From positions 1 through 31,400 of the forward strand of contig JBOFUV010000081.1 of the NCBI GenBank assembly GCA_051652765.1: a DNA stretch of 31,400 nucleotides, in the 5' to 3' direction. The notes below the pieces were generated by a model that did no database searches, had not been told where the DNA came from, and worked only from the letters and a program-made list of their open reading frames with translations. Of this stretch, positions 9,361-19,978 are shown piece by piece (position 1 is the stretch's first letter; the number at the start of each line of letters is the position of its first letter). A program made the translations under genes and the position numbers. This DNA comes from Microcoleaceae cyanobacterium (lineage in GTDB: Bacteria; Cyanobacteriota; Cyanobacteriia; Cyanobacteriales; Microcoleaceae).

Positions 9361-9514
9361 ACGTTGATATTACTGATTTTTTTTGCATAGATAATTAGGG
9401 CCTGTCCGCAAGAACACGGTAAATTAGGGCATTAGAAAACATTGTTGATACTAAAGCCTACGAGATTCCACTGAAATCACTGCACAATTGTTACTGAGCT
9501 TGGGCCAGCTTGCT

Positions 9515-10777
9515 TTAAGCTAAAAACTGGCTAAAAAAGGCGATCGCTTCTTTCAAGGCTGCAACAAACCGATCCACTTCACTTTTGGTATTGTAAAAGT
9601 AAAAACTAGCCCGCGCTGTCGCATTCACTCCCAAGTAACGGTGTAGAGGTTGAGTACAGTGATTGCCTGAACGAATCGCCACTCCAGAATCATTCAGCAT
9701 GGTTGCCAAATCATTGGCATGGATTCCCTCAACTGTAAAAGTGACTAAAGCCGCTCGACCCTCTCCTTGGGCGTTTGGTCTGGGGCCGTAAATAATTAGT
9801 TCTGGAATTTCCTTGAGTTTTTCAAATAAGTAAGCCGTTAACTCCTGCTCGTAAGTATGGATTTGCTCCATGCCAATTTGAGTTAGATAATCAACTGCCG
9901 CGCCGAGGGCGATCGCTTCTCCGATAGCTGGAGTTCCTGCTTCAAACTTATGAGGCAATTCACCACAGGTAAAGTGGTCTAAGTAAACCTCTGAAATCAT
10001 CTCGCCTCCCCCCAGAAAAGGCGGCATTTCCTTCAGTATATCCAACTTGCCGTAGAGAAAACCAATGCCAGTCGGGGCACACATTTTGTGACCGGAACCC
10101 ACTAGCCAATCACAATCCATTTGCTGAACATTAATTGGGAGGTGAGGTAAACTTTGGCAAGCATCAATTAAGACTTTTGCGCCAAATTGATGAGCAATTT
10201 CACAAATTTGCTCAACTGGATTAATACAGCCTAGAGCATTAGAAATATGAACAACTGAAACTAATTTTGTTTGATTAGAAATTAAAGTTTTAAATTGTTC
10301 TAAATCAAATTCTTGAGTATCTGTCAGTTCAACAAACTTTAATATCGCCCCTGTGCGTTGAGCCAGCATTTGCCAGGGGACAAAGTTGCTGTGATGTTCC
10401 ATCACTGTGAGAATGATTTCATCCCCAGCTTTCAGATTGTTTAAACCCCAAGAATAAGCAACCAAATTAATGGCTTCACTGGCATTACGGGTATAGATCA
10501 CTTCCTGATAGGATCGGGCATGAATAAATTGAGCCAGCTTTTGACGAGCCGCCTCGTACTCATCTGTTGCCCTAGCACTCAGACTATGGATTCCTCGATG
10601 GACATTAGAGTTATAGCCCATGTAATAATCCTGTAAGGCATTTAAAACGGCTAAAGGTTTTTGAGAAGTCGCTGAATTATCTAGATAGACCAAGGGTTGA
10701 TCGTTAACATTTTGATTAAGAATGGGAAAGTCATTCCGAACCTTATCTGCTAGAGTTTTTGCTTGAGTCAGTGTCAT
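9515..10777 (-). CDS. sufS: SufS cysteine desulfurase (group II, PLP-dependent)
   Basis: [25 protein letters not shown] (PLP lysine), FEAGTP and RSGNHC (catalytic Cys). ATG 10777 is preferred over TTG 10798. Confidence 0.96.
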   Translation of the reverse strand: MTLTQAKTLADKVRNDFPILNQNVNDQPLVYLDNSATSQKPLAVLNALQDYYMGYNSNVHRGIHSLSARATDEYEAARQKLAQFIHARSYQEVIYTRNASEAINLVAYSWGLNNLKAGDEIILTVMEHHSNFVPWQMLAQRTGAILKFVELTDTQEFDLEQFKTLISNQTKLVSVVHISNALGCINPVEQICEIAHQFGAKVLIDACQSLPHLPINVQQMDCDWLVGSGHKMCAPTGIGFLYGKLDILKEMPPFLGGGEMISEVYLDHFTCGELPHKFEAGTPAIGEAIALGAAVDYLTQIGMEQIHTYEQELTAYLFEKLKEIPELIIYGPRPNAQGEGRAALVTFTVEGIHANDLATMLNDSGVAIRSGNHCTQPLHRYLGVNATARASFYFYNTKSEVDRFVAALKEAIAFFSQFLA

Positions 10778-10833
10778 TTTTTCTTTCGTTTTATTCAAAT
10801 GTTACTGTATTGATCTTCCTAGGTTTCCCTAAG

Positions 10834-12204
10834 TCAAAAGTGATTTTGATTCGCTATTACTTCATCTGATTCCACTCGACAGGCAACACAGCGAGTTAGC
10901 ATCTTTTTCAAGGAATTTAATGGGATTTGGTCGAGAATTTCAGCCGAAAATCCATCAATCAGTAATCGGCGGCTAGTCTCTTCATCTAGTCCTCGACTTT
11001 GCAGATAAAAAATCTCATCTTCCTCTAACTGACTGACGGTTGCCCCGTGGGAGCACTTCACATCATCTGCGGTAATTTCCAGTTGAGGTTTCGTATTAAC
11101 TCGTGCTTTAGAAGAGAGTAACAAATTACGGCTTAACTGACTTGCATCTGTGAATTGAGCCGATTGAGGAACAATAACGCGACCATTAAAAACTCCGGCT
11201 GATTGATCATCAACAACAAGCTTATGAACTTGTACATATCGCCCGTGGGGATAGTTCAAAAACATGGCACTGTGGGTATCAGCGAGCTGGTCTTGATGAG
11301 TTAAAGTCAATCCATTCAAGATAGTTTCAGTGCCTTCACCCGTTTGATAAACATCCAGGGTGTGGCGGGAGAGCTTGGCTCCCAAACTCACTGCATGACA
11401 AGTGTAGCGGCTGTTCCGAGCTTGAGAAACGGCAGTACGACCAATGTGAAAGGCACTCCCAGCATCCCGTTGAACTCGAATATGCTTGACTTCAGCATTC
11501 TCTTCCAACCAGAGTTCGGCAACCGCGTTGGTCAGGCCAGGTGTCGCTTGAACTTGATCTGAACAGCCAAAAGCAACAGCCGCAAAGTGCTCAACAAAAG
11601 TCACTGAACTTCCAGATTCAGCCACACATAAAACCCGAGGTTGACTTAGAATTGAATGCTGATTTACAGTTGAAATTAGGAGTACATGAATGGGGGGTTC
11701 TATCACCTGATTCTTCTCAACCCAAATGATTGCAGCATCTGTCAATCCCGCAGTATTTAAGGCCGTGAAAACTTCCTGGCTTCCTGGCTGTTTTGCGAGG
11801 TACTGATCAAGAGTCTTACTCAAGTTTTCAGGGAGTTGTTCTAAGCTGCCAACAAAAACTCCAGATGGTAATTTTGCTGTATTAGAGAATTCAGGGGCAT
11901 AAGTTCCATTGACAAAAACTAATCGGCTTTCAGCAGCTTCAGCTAGGACTAAACTTGCAACGTGTTCCTCTCCCAATTTCGTAAGTTTAGGAGTCTGGAA
12001 TTGCACGGTCAATAGTGGAGATAAATCTGTAAACCGCCAATCTTCATCCTGTTTTGTTGGGATAGCCAACTCCTGCACTTTGGCTGCGGCATGATCTCGA
12101 ACTTGCTTGAGAAAAGGTGCTTCTAGATTTACTGAGGCAGTCGCTAAATCTAACAGTTGATTGAGACAGGAAACTGCTAATCTTTCTTGTACTTGTATAA
12201 CCAT
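10834..12204 (-). CDS. sufD: Fe-S cluster assembly protein SufD
   Basis: EDWRFTDL, KPQLEITADDVKCSHGATV, FYLQSRG. Its start overlaps the sufC stop by 1 nt. Confidence 0.96.
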   Translation of the reverse strand: MVIQVQERLAVSCLNQLLDLATASVNLEAPFLKQVRDHAAAKVQELAIPTKQDEDWRFTDLSPLLTVQFQTPKLTKLGEEHVASLVLAEAAESRLVFVNGTYAPEFSNTAKLPSGVFVGSLEQLPENLSKTLDQYLAKQPGSQEVFTALNTAGLTDAAIIWVEKNQVIEPPIHVLLISTVNQHSILSQPRVLCVAESGSSVTFVEHFAAVAFGCSDQVQATPGLTNAVAELWLEENAEVKHIRVQRDAGSAFHIGRTAVSQARNSRYTCHAVSLGAKLSRHTLDVYQTGEGTETILNGLTLTHQDQLADTHSAMFLNYPHGRYVQVHKLVVDDQSAGVFNGRVIVPQSAQFTDASQLSRNLLLSSKARVNTKPQLEITADDVKCSHGATVSQLEEDEIFYLQSRGLDEETSRRLLIDGFSAEILDQIPLNSLKKMLTRCVACRVESDEVIANQNHF

Positions 12205-12986
12205 TATATTCCTACCGCTGCTCCAGCAATTACATCATCATAGCCTTTTTCTTCCAGTTCTAGAGCCAGCTCTTTTGTGCCTGTTTTAATCATTCGTCCA
12301 TCTGCCATAACATGAACATAATCTGGCACGATGTAGTCCAACAACCTTTGGTAGTGGGTGATGATCAACATTGAATTTTCTACTGTTGCCAATTGATTCA
12401 CACCGCTCGCAACAATTTTCAGGGCATCAATATCTAAACCAGAATCTGTTTCATCTAAAATTGCTAATTTAGGTTCAAGTAAGGCCATTTGAAGAATTTC
12501 ATTGCGCTTCTTTTCTCCCCCAGAAAATCCTTCATTCACACTGCGTTCTAAGAACTCCGGCTTCATTTTGACAACTTCTAACTTTTCATGAACTAAATCG
12601 TCAAAATCAAAGGCATCTAATTCCTCCAAGCCCAAGTGTTTTTGCCGAGAGTTGTAAGCAGCTCGGAGAAAGTCAGTGTTACTTACACCAGGAATTTCTA
12701 AAGGATATTGGAAGGCAAGAAATACCCCTGCCAAAGCTCGTTCGTTAGGTTCGAGATCTAATAAGTTCTGTCCCAAAAATGTGACTTCACCTGCTGTAAC
12801 TTCGTAGGCAGGATGACCGGCTAGAACTTTAGAAAAAGTACTCTTGCCAGAACCATTCTGACCCATGATGGCATGAATTTCTCCCGCCTTGATTTCTAGA
12901 TTAACTCCCTTAAGAATTGGAGTTCCTTCAACGGTTGCCGTTAAGTTTTTAACCGAAAGAACGACTGGGCTATTGTCTCGAATCAT
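12204..12986 (-). CDS. sufC: Fe-S cluster assembly ATPase SufC
   Basis: Walker [20 protein letters not shown], signature FSGGEKKR, Walker [17 protein letters not shown]. Confidence 0.98.
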   Translation of the reverse strand: MIRDNSPVVLSVKNLTATVEGTPILKGVNLEIKAGEIHAIMGQNGSGKSTFSKVLAGHPAYEVTAGEVTFLGQNLLDLEPNERALAGVFLAFQYPLEIPGVSNTDFLRAAYNSRQKHLGLEELDAFDFDDLVHEKLEVVKMKPEFLERSVNEGFSGGEKKRNEILQMALLEPKLAILDETDSGLDIDALKIVASGVNQLATVENSMLIITHYQRLLDYIVPDYVHVMADGRMIKTGTKELALELEEKGYDDVIAGAAVGI

Positions 12987-13168
12987 GGTTTCTTAAATTA
13001 TATTTTCTTGGATTGTGTTGACGCTAGAATTCAACCGGACTGATGCAGTTAAAGTATCCAACTTTATAGTTTGGTGTGGAGATCGTACAAAGCGCATTGG
13101 CTCCCATCAAATGTGTAAGTTCTGTTCAATTATGGGTTGCTTTTTATGGTTAATGTTAGACAGGATGC

Positions 13169-13609
13169 CTAACCCACAAAAGTTGTGATTGCTTCAGTAT
13201 CCATCGGAGGGTTCTCCGGATATTCGGGTAGGCCATCATTCAGGTGCAGCCATTGCAAACGGTCGGATACCCAAATGTTTTCCTGAGGATCAACAGCATT
13301 CGGATCATCCAAACTACCTAAAGTTACCTCAATCAGGTCGGGCCAGTTGGCATCCCGATAAGCAACATGAACCCCGCAGTTTGGACAAAAACCCCGCTCC
13401 CCGTGTTCCGAAGATCTGAACCAACTTAATTCTCCCTGAAAAGTAGCCTGAGTCTTTGGGAAAAACGCGATGGTCGCAAAGGCTGATCCTGAAAACCGCC
13501 GACAGATGTTGCAATGACAGTGCCCGACCCAAACAGGTTCACTCAGAATTTGATAGCGAATATTGCTACAAAAACATCCACCTGCATAGGGTTTTGTTTG
13601 TGTTTCCAT
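13169..13609 (-). CDS. GFA/CENP-V family (Mss4-like) zinc-binding protein
   Basis: GGCFCSNIRY, HCHCNICRRFSG, RSSEHGERGFCPNCG, GSLDDP, IWVSDRLQW. ATG 13609 follows AGAGGTGG; GTG 13624 is an alternative start. Confidence 0.9.
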   Translation of the reverse strand: METQTKPYAGGCFCSNIRYQILSEPVWVGHCHCNICRRFSGSAFATIAFFPKTQATFQGELSWFRSSEHGERGFCPNCGVHVAYRDANWPDLIEVTLGSLDDPNAVDPQENIWVSDRLQWLHLNDGLPEYPENPPMDTEAITTFVG

Positions 13610-13626
13610 TATTTCTAAATCCACCT

Positions 13627-14103
13627 CTAGAAAACGATTTCAGATTTAATCGGGACAACATATTTGCGGTTTGCTCGCACCCAACATTCACGTTTTCCCC
13701 CGCCATGGAGTTGAACCCGCAACCAGGGAAAACCTTGCCGATCTTCACCAATTTCAAATACTCCTCGTTCCCGCTTGACTGTATTGAGCAGGGTATCTTT
13801 GGGAAATGTGGTGACAATGGTGTCGCTATCAGCAGAGGGCGGAATATTAGCCCGACAGTTCAAACCTTTGGAATCAGGATCAGCAACTTGCCAAGTCCCG
13901 TGATAGGTCTGCCGTATTGGGAAATCTCCATTCCGATCGGGCCACCGACCCGAATAAAATGTTGGAGAGTCTTGAGCAATTGAGGGAGGATTGAAGGAGC
14001 CTAATGTCAGAGCGATCGCGCACCCAACGAGACCGAGTAGGATTGATCTCCCCAGATCCTCCGTTAAAAAAGAAAACCGAACCAGCCTCAACGACCTTCT
14101 CAT
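13627..14103 (-). CDS. Hypothetical exported protein with an SH3-like beta domain
   Basis: Basic N-terminus, hydrophobic stretch (ILLGLVGCAIALTLG) and an SIA|Q cleavage-like site. WQVADPDSKGLNCR...PWLRV...CWVRAN resembles bacterial SH3-like domains. It starts 3 nt after the sufB stop. Confidence 0.7.
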   Translation of the reverse strand: MRRSLRLVRFSFLTEDLGRSILLGLVGCAIALTLGSFNPPSIAQDSPTFYSGRWPDRNGDFPIRQTYHGTWQVADPDSKGLNCRANIPPSADSDTIVTTFPKDTLLNTVKRERGVFEIGEDRQGFPWLRVQLHGGGKRECWVRANRKYVVPIKSEIVF

Positions 14104-14106
14104 TGC

Positions 14107-15543
14107 CTAACCCACTGCTCCTTCCAACTTCAGACTGAGTAACTTATCCGCCTCAGCCGCAAACTCCATCGGGAGCTTGTTAAACACATCTCGACAAAAC
14201 CCGCTGATAATCATGGAAACCGCATCTTCCGCGGAAATCCCCCGTTGGGTTAAGTAGAATAATTGATCTTCACCAATTTTAGAAGTTGAGGCTTCATGTT
14301 CTACCTTGGCCGTATTATTCTCAACCTGAATGTAAGGAAACGTGTTGGCTTGGGAGCGATCGCCGATCAACATCGAATCACACTGGGAATAATTCCGAGC
14401 GCCCTTTGCCTTTGGCCCCATTTTCACTAACCCTCGATAACTGTTGGAGGAACCCCCAGCAGATATTCCTTTGGAAATAATTGTACTGCGAGTATTTTTG
14501 CCGATGTGAACCATTTTGGTACCTGTGTCAGCTTGTTGCTTATGGTTCGTCAAGGCAACGGAATAGAACTCTCCAACAGAGTTATCCCCCACCAGCACGC
14601 AACTCGGGTACTTCCAAGTAATTGCAGACCCGGTTTCGACCTGCGTCCAGGAAATTTTGGAATTCACCCCTTTGCACAATCCGCGCTTGGTGACAAAGTT
14701 GTAAATTCCCCCTTTGCCGTTTTCATCCCCAGCGAACCAGTTCTGCACTGTGGAATACTTAATTTCGGCATTATCCAGCACCACCAGTTCAACGACTGCG
14801 GCATGAAGTTGGTTGGTATCAAACATTGGGGCGGTGCAGCCTTCTAGATAAGTGACAGAACTGCCTGCCTCGGCCACAATTAACGTCCGTTCAAACTGCC
14901 CAGAATCTCCGTTGTTGATTCGGAAGTAGGTAGACAAATCCATCGGACATTTCACTCCTTTGGGAATGAACACGAAAGAACCGTCGCTGAATACAGCAGA
15001 GTTCAAGGCGGCAAAGAAGTTGTCTCCAACGGGAACCACACTACCCAAATACTTCTCAATCAGTTCGGGGTGATCCTTGACCGCTTCTGAAATCGAGCAG
15101 AAAATGACTCCGTCTTCCGCCAACTTTTCCTTAAACGTTGTGGCGATGGAAACGCTATCAAACACGGCATCAACGGCAACATTCGCCAAGCGCTTCTGTT
15201 CGGATAAAGGAATTCCCAACTTTTCAAAGGTGTCTAAGAGAGTTGGATCAACCTCATCCAAGCTGCCTTTTTTCTCACTCAGCTTGGGGGCAGAGTAGTA
15301 GATGATCTCCTGATAGTTAATCGCAGGATAATGAACCTGGGGCCAGGTTGGTTCTGTCATCTTTAGCCATTGGCGATAGGCCCGAAGCCGGAAGTTCAGC
15401 ATGAACTCAGGCTCATTTTTTTTGGCTGAAATTAGACGAACGATATCCTCGCTTAATCCCCGTGGAATGGTATCCGACTCAATATCGGTGACAAACCCGT
15501 ACTTGTAAGGTTGATTGACTAAAGTCTTTACAGAAGCGCTCAT
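14107..15543 (-). CDS. sufB: Fe-S cluster assembly protein SufB
   Basis: [50 protein letters not shown] 15543 is preferred over TTG 15594. Confidence 0.98.
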   Translation of the reverse strand: MSASVKTLVNQPYKYGFVTDIESDTIPRGLSEDIVRLISAKKNEPEFMLNFRLRAYRQWLKMTEPTWPQVHYPAINYQEIIYYSAPKLSEKKGSLDEVDPTLLDTFEKLGIPLSEQKRLANVAVDAVFDSVSIATTFKEKLAEDGVIFCSISEAVKDHPELIEKYLGSVVPVGDNFFAALNSAVFSDGSFVFIPKGVKCPMDLSTYFRINNGDSGQFERTLIVAEAGSSVTYLEGCTAPMFDTNQLHAAVVELVVLDNAEIKYSTVQNWFAGDENGKGGIYNFVTKRGLCKGVNSKISWTQVETGSAITWKYPSCVLVGDNSVGEFYSVALTNHKQQADTGTKMVHIGKNTRSTIISKGISAGGSSNSYRGLVKMGPKAKGARNYSQCDSMLIGDRSQANTFPYIQVENNTAKVEHEASTSKIGEDQLFYLTQRGISAEDAVSMIISGFCRDVFNKLPMEFAAEADKLLSLKLEGAVG

Positions 15544-15588
15544 AGGCTCAATTGAGTGTGTTCTCGCAAACAATGATAAACAGTTTAA

Positions 15589-15642
15589 CAACAAGTTTGT
15601 TACTTAAGTCTATTTTAAGCTACATTAGCAACATATGGATTG
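15589..15642. promoter_or_regulatory. Two SufR operator boxes flanking the sufB/sufR -10 elements
   Basis: CAAC-AAGTTT-GTTA (15589-15602) and CAAC-ATATGG-ATTG (15629-15642) are each one mismatch from CAAC-N6-GTTG and lie 26 bp apart. Minus-strand TAAAAT (15612-15617) and plus-strand TACATT (15621-15626) sit between them. Confidence 0.75.
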
Positions 15643-15687
15643 TCAAAGTCCAATTGAATGAATTTTTGTTAAATCTTTAATTAAGAT

Positions 15688-16341
15688 ATGACCACAACCC
15701 AGCAGCACTCCAAGAAACAGAGCATTCTGCAACAATTGCTGAAGCAAGGTCAGGCGACCGCTCATATCCTAGCTGACTCCCTTGAAATTACTCCCCAAGC
15801 CATTCGTCGTCATCTCAAGGACTTAGAACTAGAGGGATTGATTGATTATGAGTCGGTTCAAACCGGAATGGGACGACCCCAACATCGGTACAAACTAACC
15901 CATCAAGGACGCGATCGCTTCCCCAATCGTTATGACGAATTTGCGCTTTCATTCCTCGACACATTGGCAGAAACCGTTGGCCAAGAGCAGGTCAGCCAGA
16001 TTCTTCAAAAACAATGGCAACGGAAGGCAACTGAATACCAGAGCAAGGTAGGCCAAGGCTCAGTTCCAGAACGGGTGGCTAACTTAGTAGAGTTACGAAA
16101 AGCTGAGGGTTATATGGCTGAATGGTATTCTATGGAGTCTGAAGATACAAAATCCAAAATCCAGCGCTATATTCTGACTGAACACAACTGTGCAATTTCT
16201 AGTGTTGCTGAGTCCTTCCCCAGCGTTTGTGGTCATGAACTCGAAATGTTTGGTGCTATTCTTCCAGATTGTAAAGTGGAGCGGACTCATTGGATTGTAA
16301 ATGGAGAGCATCGCTGTGGGTATTTAATTACGAGTGATTAG
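15688..16341 (+). CDS. sufR: Fe-S cluster biosynthesis transcriptional regulator SufR
   Basis: N-terminal wHTH (QAIRRHLKDL, GMGRPQ) and C-terminal EHNCAI-x-CGHELEM-x-C ligands. Divergent from sufB. Confidence 0.96.
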   Translation: MTTTQQHSKKQSILQQLLKQGQATAHILADSLEITPQAIRRHLKDLELEGLIDYESVQTGMGRPQHRYKLTHQGRDRFPNRYDEFALSFLDTLAETVGQEQVSQILQKQWQRKATEYQSKVGQGSVPERVANLVELRKAEGYMAEWYSMESEDTKSKIQRYILTEHNCAISSVAESFPSVCGHELEMFGAILPDCKVERTHWIVNGEHRCGYLITSD

Positions 16342-16357
16342 AGATTAATTTATTATC

Positions 16358-16732
16358 ATGTCTTCCCCCGAATTTTTAACTCCTGAAGAAGTTGTCAAAG
16401 TAGATGCGGCTTTACTTTCATCTAGAGAAAAGTTTTCAACTCGCTTAGCAATCTATGCCCTAAGATGCCTAAAACAGATTGCTCAGGCCGGAGACACTCC
16501 AGTTGCCGAAGTGAGTGCTGAACAAGTTCAAGACTGGATCAAATCCGATGAAACAGTGCAGAACCAGCTAGCAATTGATTCTAGTTTTGAGGAATTTTTC
16601 ACTCGATTAGTTGTGTCTTCTCTAAATCCACTTCAACAAATTTCTCAACAGGAAGTTGTCCCAATGGAGCAGCTCACCGTCAATCAAGTGATTGCCTGGT
16701 TTGAACAGCAAGCAAAGTCTTCTAGAGAATAA
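16358..16732 (+). CDS. Conserved hypothetical protein downstream of sufR
   Basis: 124-aa ORF 16 nt after sufR, with VDAALLSSREKFSTRLAIYALRCL. It looks like a conserved cyanobacterial family (from memory). Confidence 0.8.
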   Translation: MSSPEFLTPEEVVKVDAALLSSREKFSTRLAIYALRCLKQIAQAGDTPVAEVSAEQVQDWIKSDETVQNQLAIDSSFEEFFTRLVVSSLNPLQQISQQEVVPMEQLTVNQVIAWFEQQAKSSRE

Positions 16733-16773
16733 ACTTTTACCCAATTGTCACCTTTCCATTCACCCTCATCTAA

Positions 16774-17979
<1,206 letters not shown>

Positions 17980-18042
17980 GATTTTTCCAGGCGATCGCTA
18001 CTTCATCTGAAAAACAAGTCTAACAAAACATTGAAGCAACTA

Positions 18043-18071
18043 TTGGCAATCCTTCAAAACCTTGCTATGAT
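18043..18071 (+). promoter_or_regulatory. Sigma70 promoter of the tRNA-Tyr/tRNA-Thr operon
   Basis: TTGGCA-17 nt-TATGAT with an extended TG, 18 nt upstream of tRNA-Tyr. Confidence 0.7.
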
Positions 18072-18089
18072 GTTTATCTGTGAATAAAT

Positions 18090-18174
18090 GGGTCGATGCC
18101 CGAGCGGTTAATGGGGGCGGACTGTAAATCCGCTGGCTACGCCTACGCTGGTTCAAATCCAGCTCGGCCCACCA
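18090..18174 (+). tRNA. tRNA-Tyr (GTA), CCA encoded
   Basis: Acceptor stem GGGTCGA/TCGGCCC, anticodon loop CTGTAAA, long variable arm, GGTTCAAATCC, terminal ACCA. Confidence 0.97.
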
Positions 18175-18184
18175 CAGAATTAAA

Positions 18185-18229
18185 TCTTTAAGACCAAATT
18201 CTTTAAGGCCAAATTCTTTAAGACCAAAT
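18185..18229. repeat. Tandem repeat, 15-bp TCTTTAAGRCCAAAT x3, in the tRNA spacer
   Basis: Read directly, with one substitution in copy 2. Confidence 0.9.
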
Positions 18230-18242
18230 TTTCATCTTTACT

Positions 18243-18314
18243 GCCCATGTGGCTCAGTGGTAGAGCACACCCTTGGTAAGGGTGAGGTCACGAGTTCAAT
18301 CCTCGTCATGGGCT
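18243..18314 (+). tRNA. tRNA-Thr (GGT), CCA not encoded
   Basis: Acceptor stem GCCCATG/CATGGGC, D arm GCTCAGTGGTAGAGC, anticodon loop TTGGTAA, T loop GTTCAATC. Confidence 0.97.
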
Positions 18315-18416
18315 TTTGGTTGGCGCAAGTTAGGTATCCCGTCCGATGAAGATAGCTAGGAGGGTTGCCTCGAAGAGTCAATCCAAAACTACCTAACCTG
18401 CCCTCATCCTTCTTAC

Positions 18417-19508
18417 TTAACGAAGCGTTTCTAAGACTTGACGAATAGTTTTTGTAGGAACCTGATCGCTGACAATGGCTAACCCCAGTTGACTGGGCAA
18501 AACAAAGCGAACTTTACCTGCTTTTACTTTTTTGTCTGTTTGTAGGGTTTCTAAAATCTCATCAATTTTCAGAGTCTGGGGTAAGGTGGTTGCTAATCCT
18601 ATTTTTTGCAACAAGGCAAGTTGGCGGCGATCGCACTCAGCATCCCAAAGCCCTAGCTGTACTGCCAGTTGACTAGCCGCTACCATGCCAATGGCCACGG
18701 CTTCTCCATGAATCACCGCAGTATACCCTGTCAAACTTTCAACCGCATGACCAATTGTATGACCGTAATTTAAAATTGCCCTGAGGCCCGATTCTTTTTC
18801 GTCTTTACTGACGACATCCGCCTTACTTTGACAGGAACGCTGAAGGATGGCTTGCAGCAATTCAGGGGGGATGAATTGCAGGGAACTCAACTGTTCTGCC
18901 TGTTCCATTTGGGTAAATAGCTCGGCATCCCAAATCACGCCATACTTGATAACTTCAGCCATTCCAGCCCGAAATTCTCGTTCTGGTAAAGTCTTGAGAA
19001 CCGTGGGATCGATAACGACTAGTTTGGGTTGATGAAATGCCCCAATTAAGTTTTTGCCCTGGGGATGATTTACGCCGGTTTTGCCCCCGATCGCTGCATC
19101 CACCATTGCCAGCAGGGAAGTCGGAACTTGAACCACATTGATGCCCCGTAGCCAAGTCGCCGCCGCAAATCCTGTCATATCTCCAACCACTCCCCCTCCT
19201 AACGCAACCAGGGTAGAGGTACGTTCCAGTCGATGGTTTAAGGCCGCATCGTAGATACGTTGCAAGGTTTCCAGGGTTTTGTAGGCTTCCCCGGCTGGCA
19301 GAATACAGGGGGCCACATCAAAACCTGCCTGAGCGAGGGCGGTTATTGCCTGTTCTCCATAATGATTAAAGATTTCTGGATTGGAGACTAGCAAGGCTTT
19401 CTGACCGAGTTTCAAAGGCTGGAGCAAGACCCCTAACTGGTCTAAATGTCCAGGGGCAATGGCAATTTCATAGGACTGGTCTCCCAAGTTAACTTGAATT
19501 AATGACAT
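18417..19508 (-). CDS. aroB: 3-dehydroquinate synthase
   Basis: [57 protein letters not shown] 19508 follows AAGGAG. Confidence 0.97.
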   Translation of the reverse strand: MSLIQVNLGDQSYEIAIAPGHLDQLGVLLQPLKLGQKALLVSNPEIFNHYGEQAITALAQAGFDVAPCILPAGEAYKTLETLQRIYDAALNHRLERTSTLVALGGGVVGDMTGFAAATWLRGINVVQVPTSLLAMVDAAIGGKTGVNHPQGKNLIGAFHQPKLVVIDPTVLKTLPEREFRAGMAEVIKYGVIWDAELFTQMEQAEQLSSLQFIPPELLQAILQRSCQSKADVVSKDEKESGLRAILNYGHTIGHAVESLTGYTAVIHGEAVAIGMVAASQLAVQLGLWDAECDRRQLALLQKIGLATTLPQTLKIDEILETLQTDKKVKAGKVRFVLPSQLGLAIVSDQVPTKTIRQVLETLR

Positions 19509-19785
19509 GAGTTCTCCTTGCTTCACTGTTGATTCGACGGATATCTAGCAATCCCACCGGATTAGTCAAATGGGGCTTGGGGCTTTTCTGGGGGACAAGT
19601 CCCTGAACCTCTCTTGAATGACAATCGCTCGACATCACATCTGAACAAACACAGCGTATCTACTAGAATTGCGACTAGAATTGCGACAAGTTCACCGCAC
19701 TGTTGAACCTATCGCTGTGAGGTGTATTCTAGCCCAGGCATGGTTCAATAGAAAAAGATTCAAATACTTGTCATGGAGTTAGGCA

Positions 19786-19887
19786 ATGAGTGTAGCAAGT
19801 GCGATTACCTATGTAGCAATTTATGCAGGGAGTTTGGTTGCAGCAGCAGCGATTTTCTTTACCCTGCGGGCAGTGAAGTTGATTTAG
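19786..19887 (+). CDS. petL: Cytochrome b6f complex subunit 6 (PetL), absent from the ORF track
   Basis: Hand translation MSVASAITYVAIYAGSLVAAAAIFFTLRAVKLI* (33 aa): a single TM helix with the PetL-type C-terminus LRAVKLI. GGAG lies upstream. Confidence 0.85.
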   Translation: MSVASAITYVAIYAGSLVAAAAIFFTLRAVKLI

Positions 19888-19978
19888 GAACGACGACTGA
19901 ATCGCATTAGAACTGAACTGCGTAAAACAGCATGGGTTACACGACGCTAACCCATCCGATGAACAATTTGCCCCCTCC

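Noticed and set aside
12987..13168. Tiny ORFs (27-34 aa) or an IS remnant in the GFA-sufC gap
   Set aside because: There are no terminal repeats or convincing motif. The 'ISPVEF' resemblance to a transposase end is too short.
14107..15543. Intein in SufB
   Set aside because: The length (478 aa) is normal and no splicing motifs are present.
18090..18416. tRNA-anchored integrative element
   Set aside because: I saw no integrase and no duplicated tRNA 3' end in the window, and the flanks are housekeeping genes.
19546..19625. Second TAGCAATCC-type miniature element upstream of aroB
   Set aside because: Only one end is recognisable, with no matching right inverted repeat.
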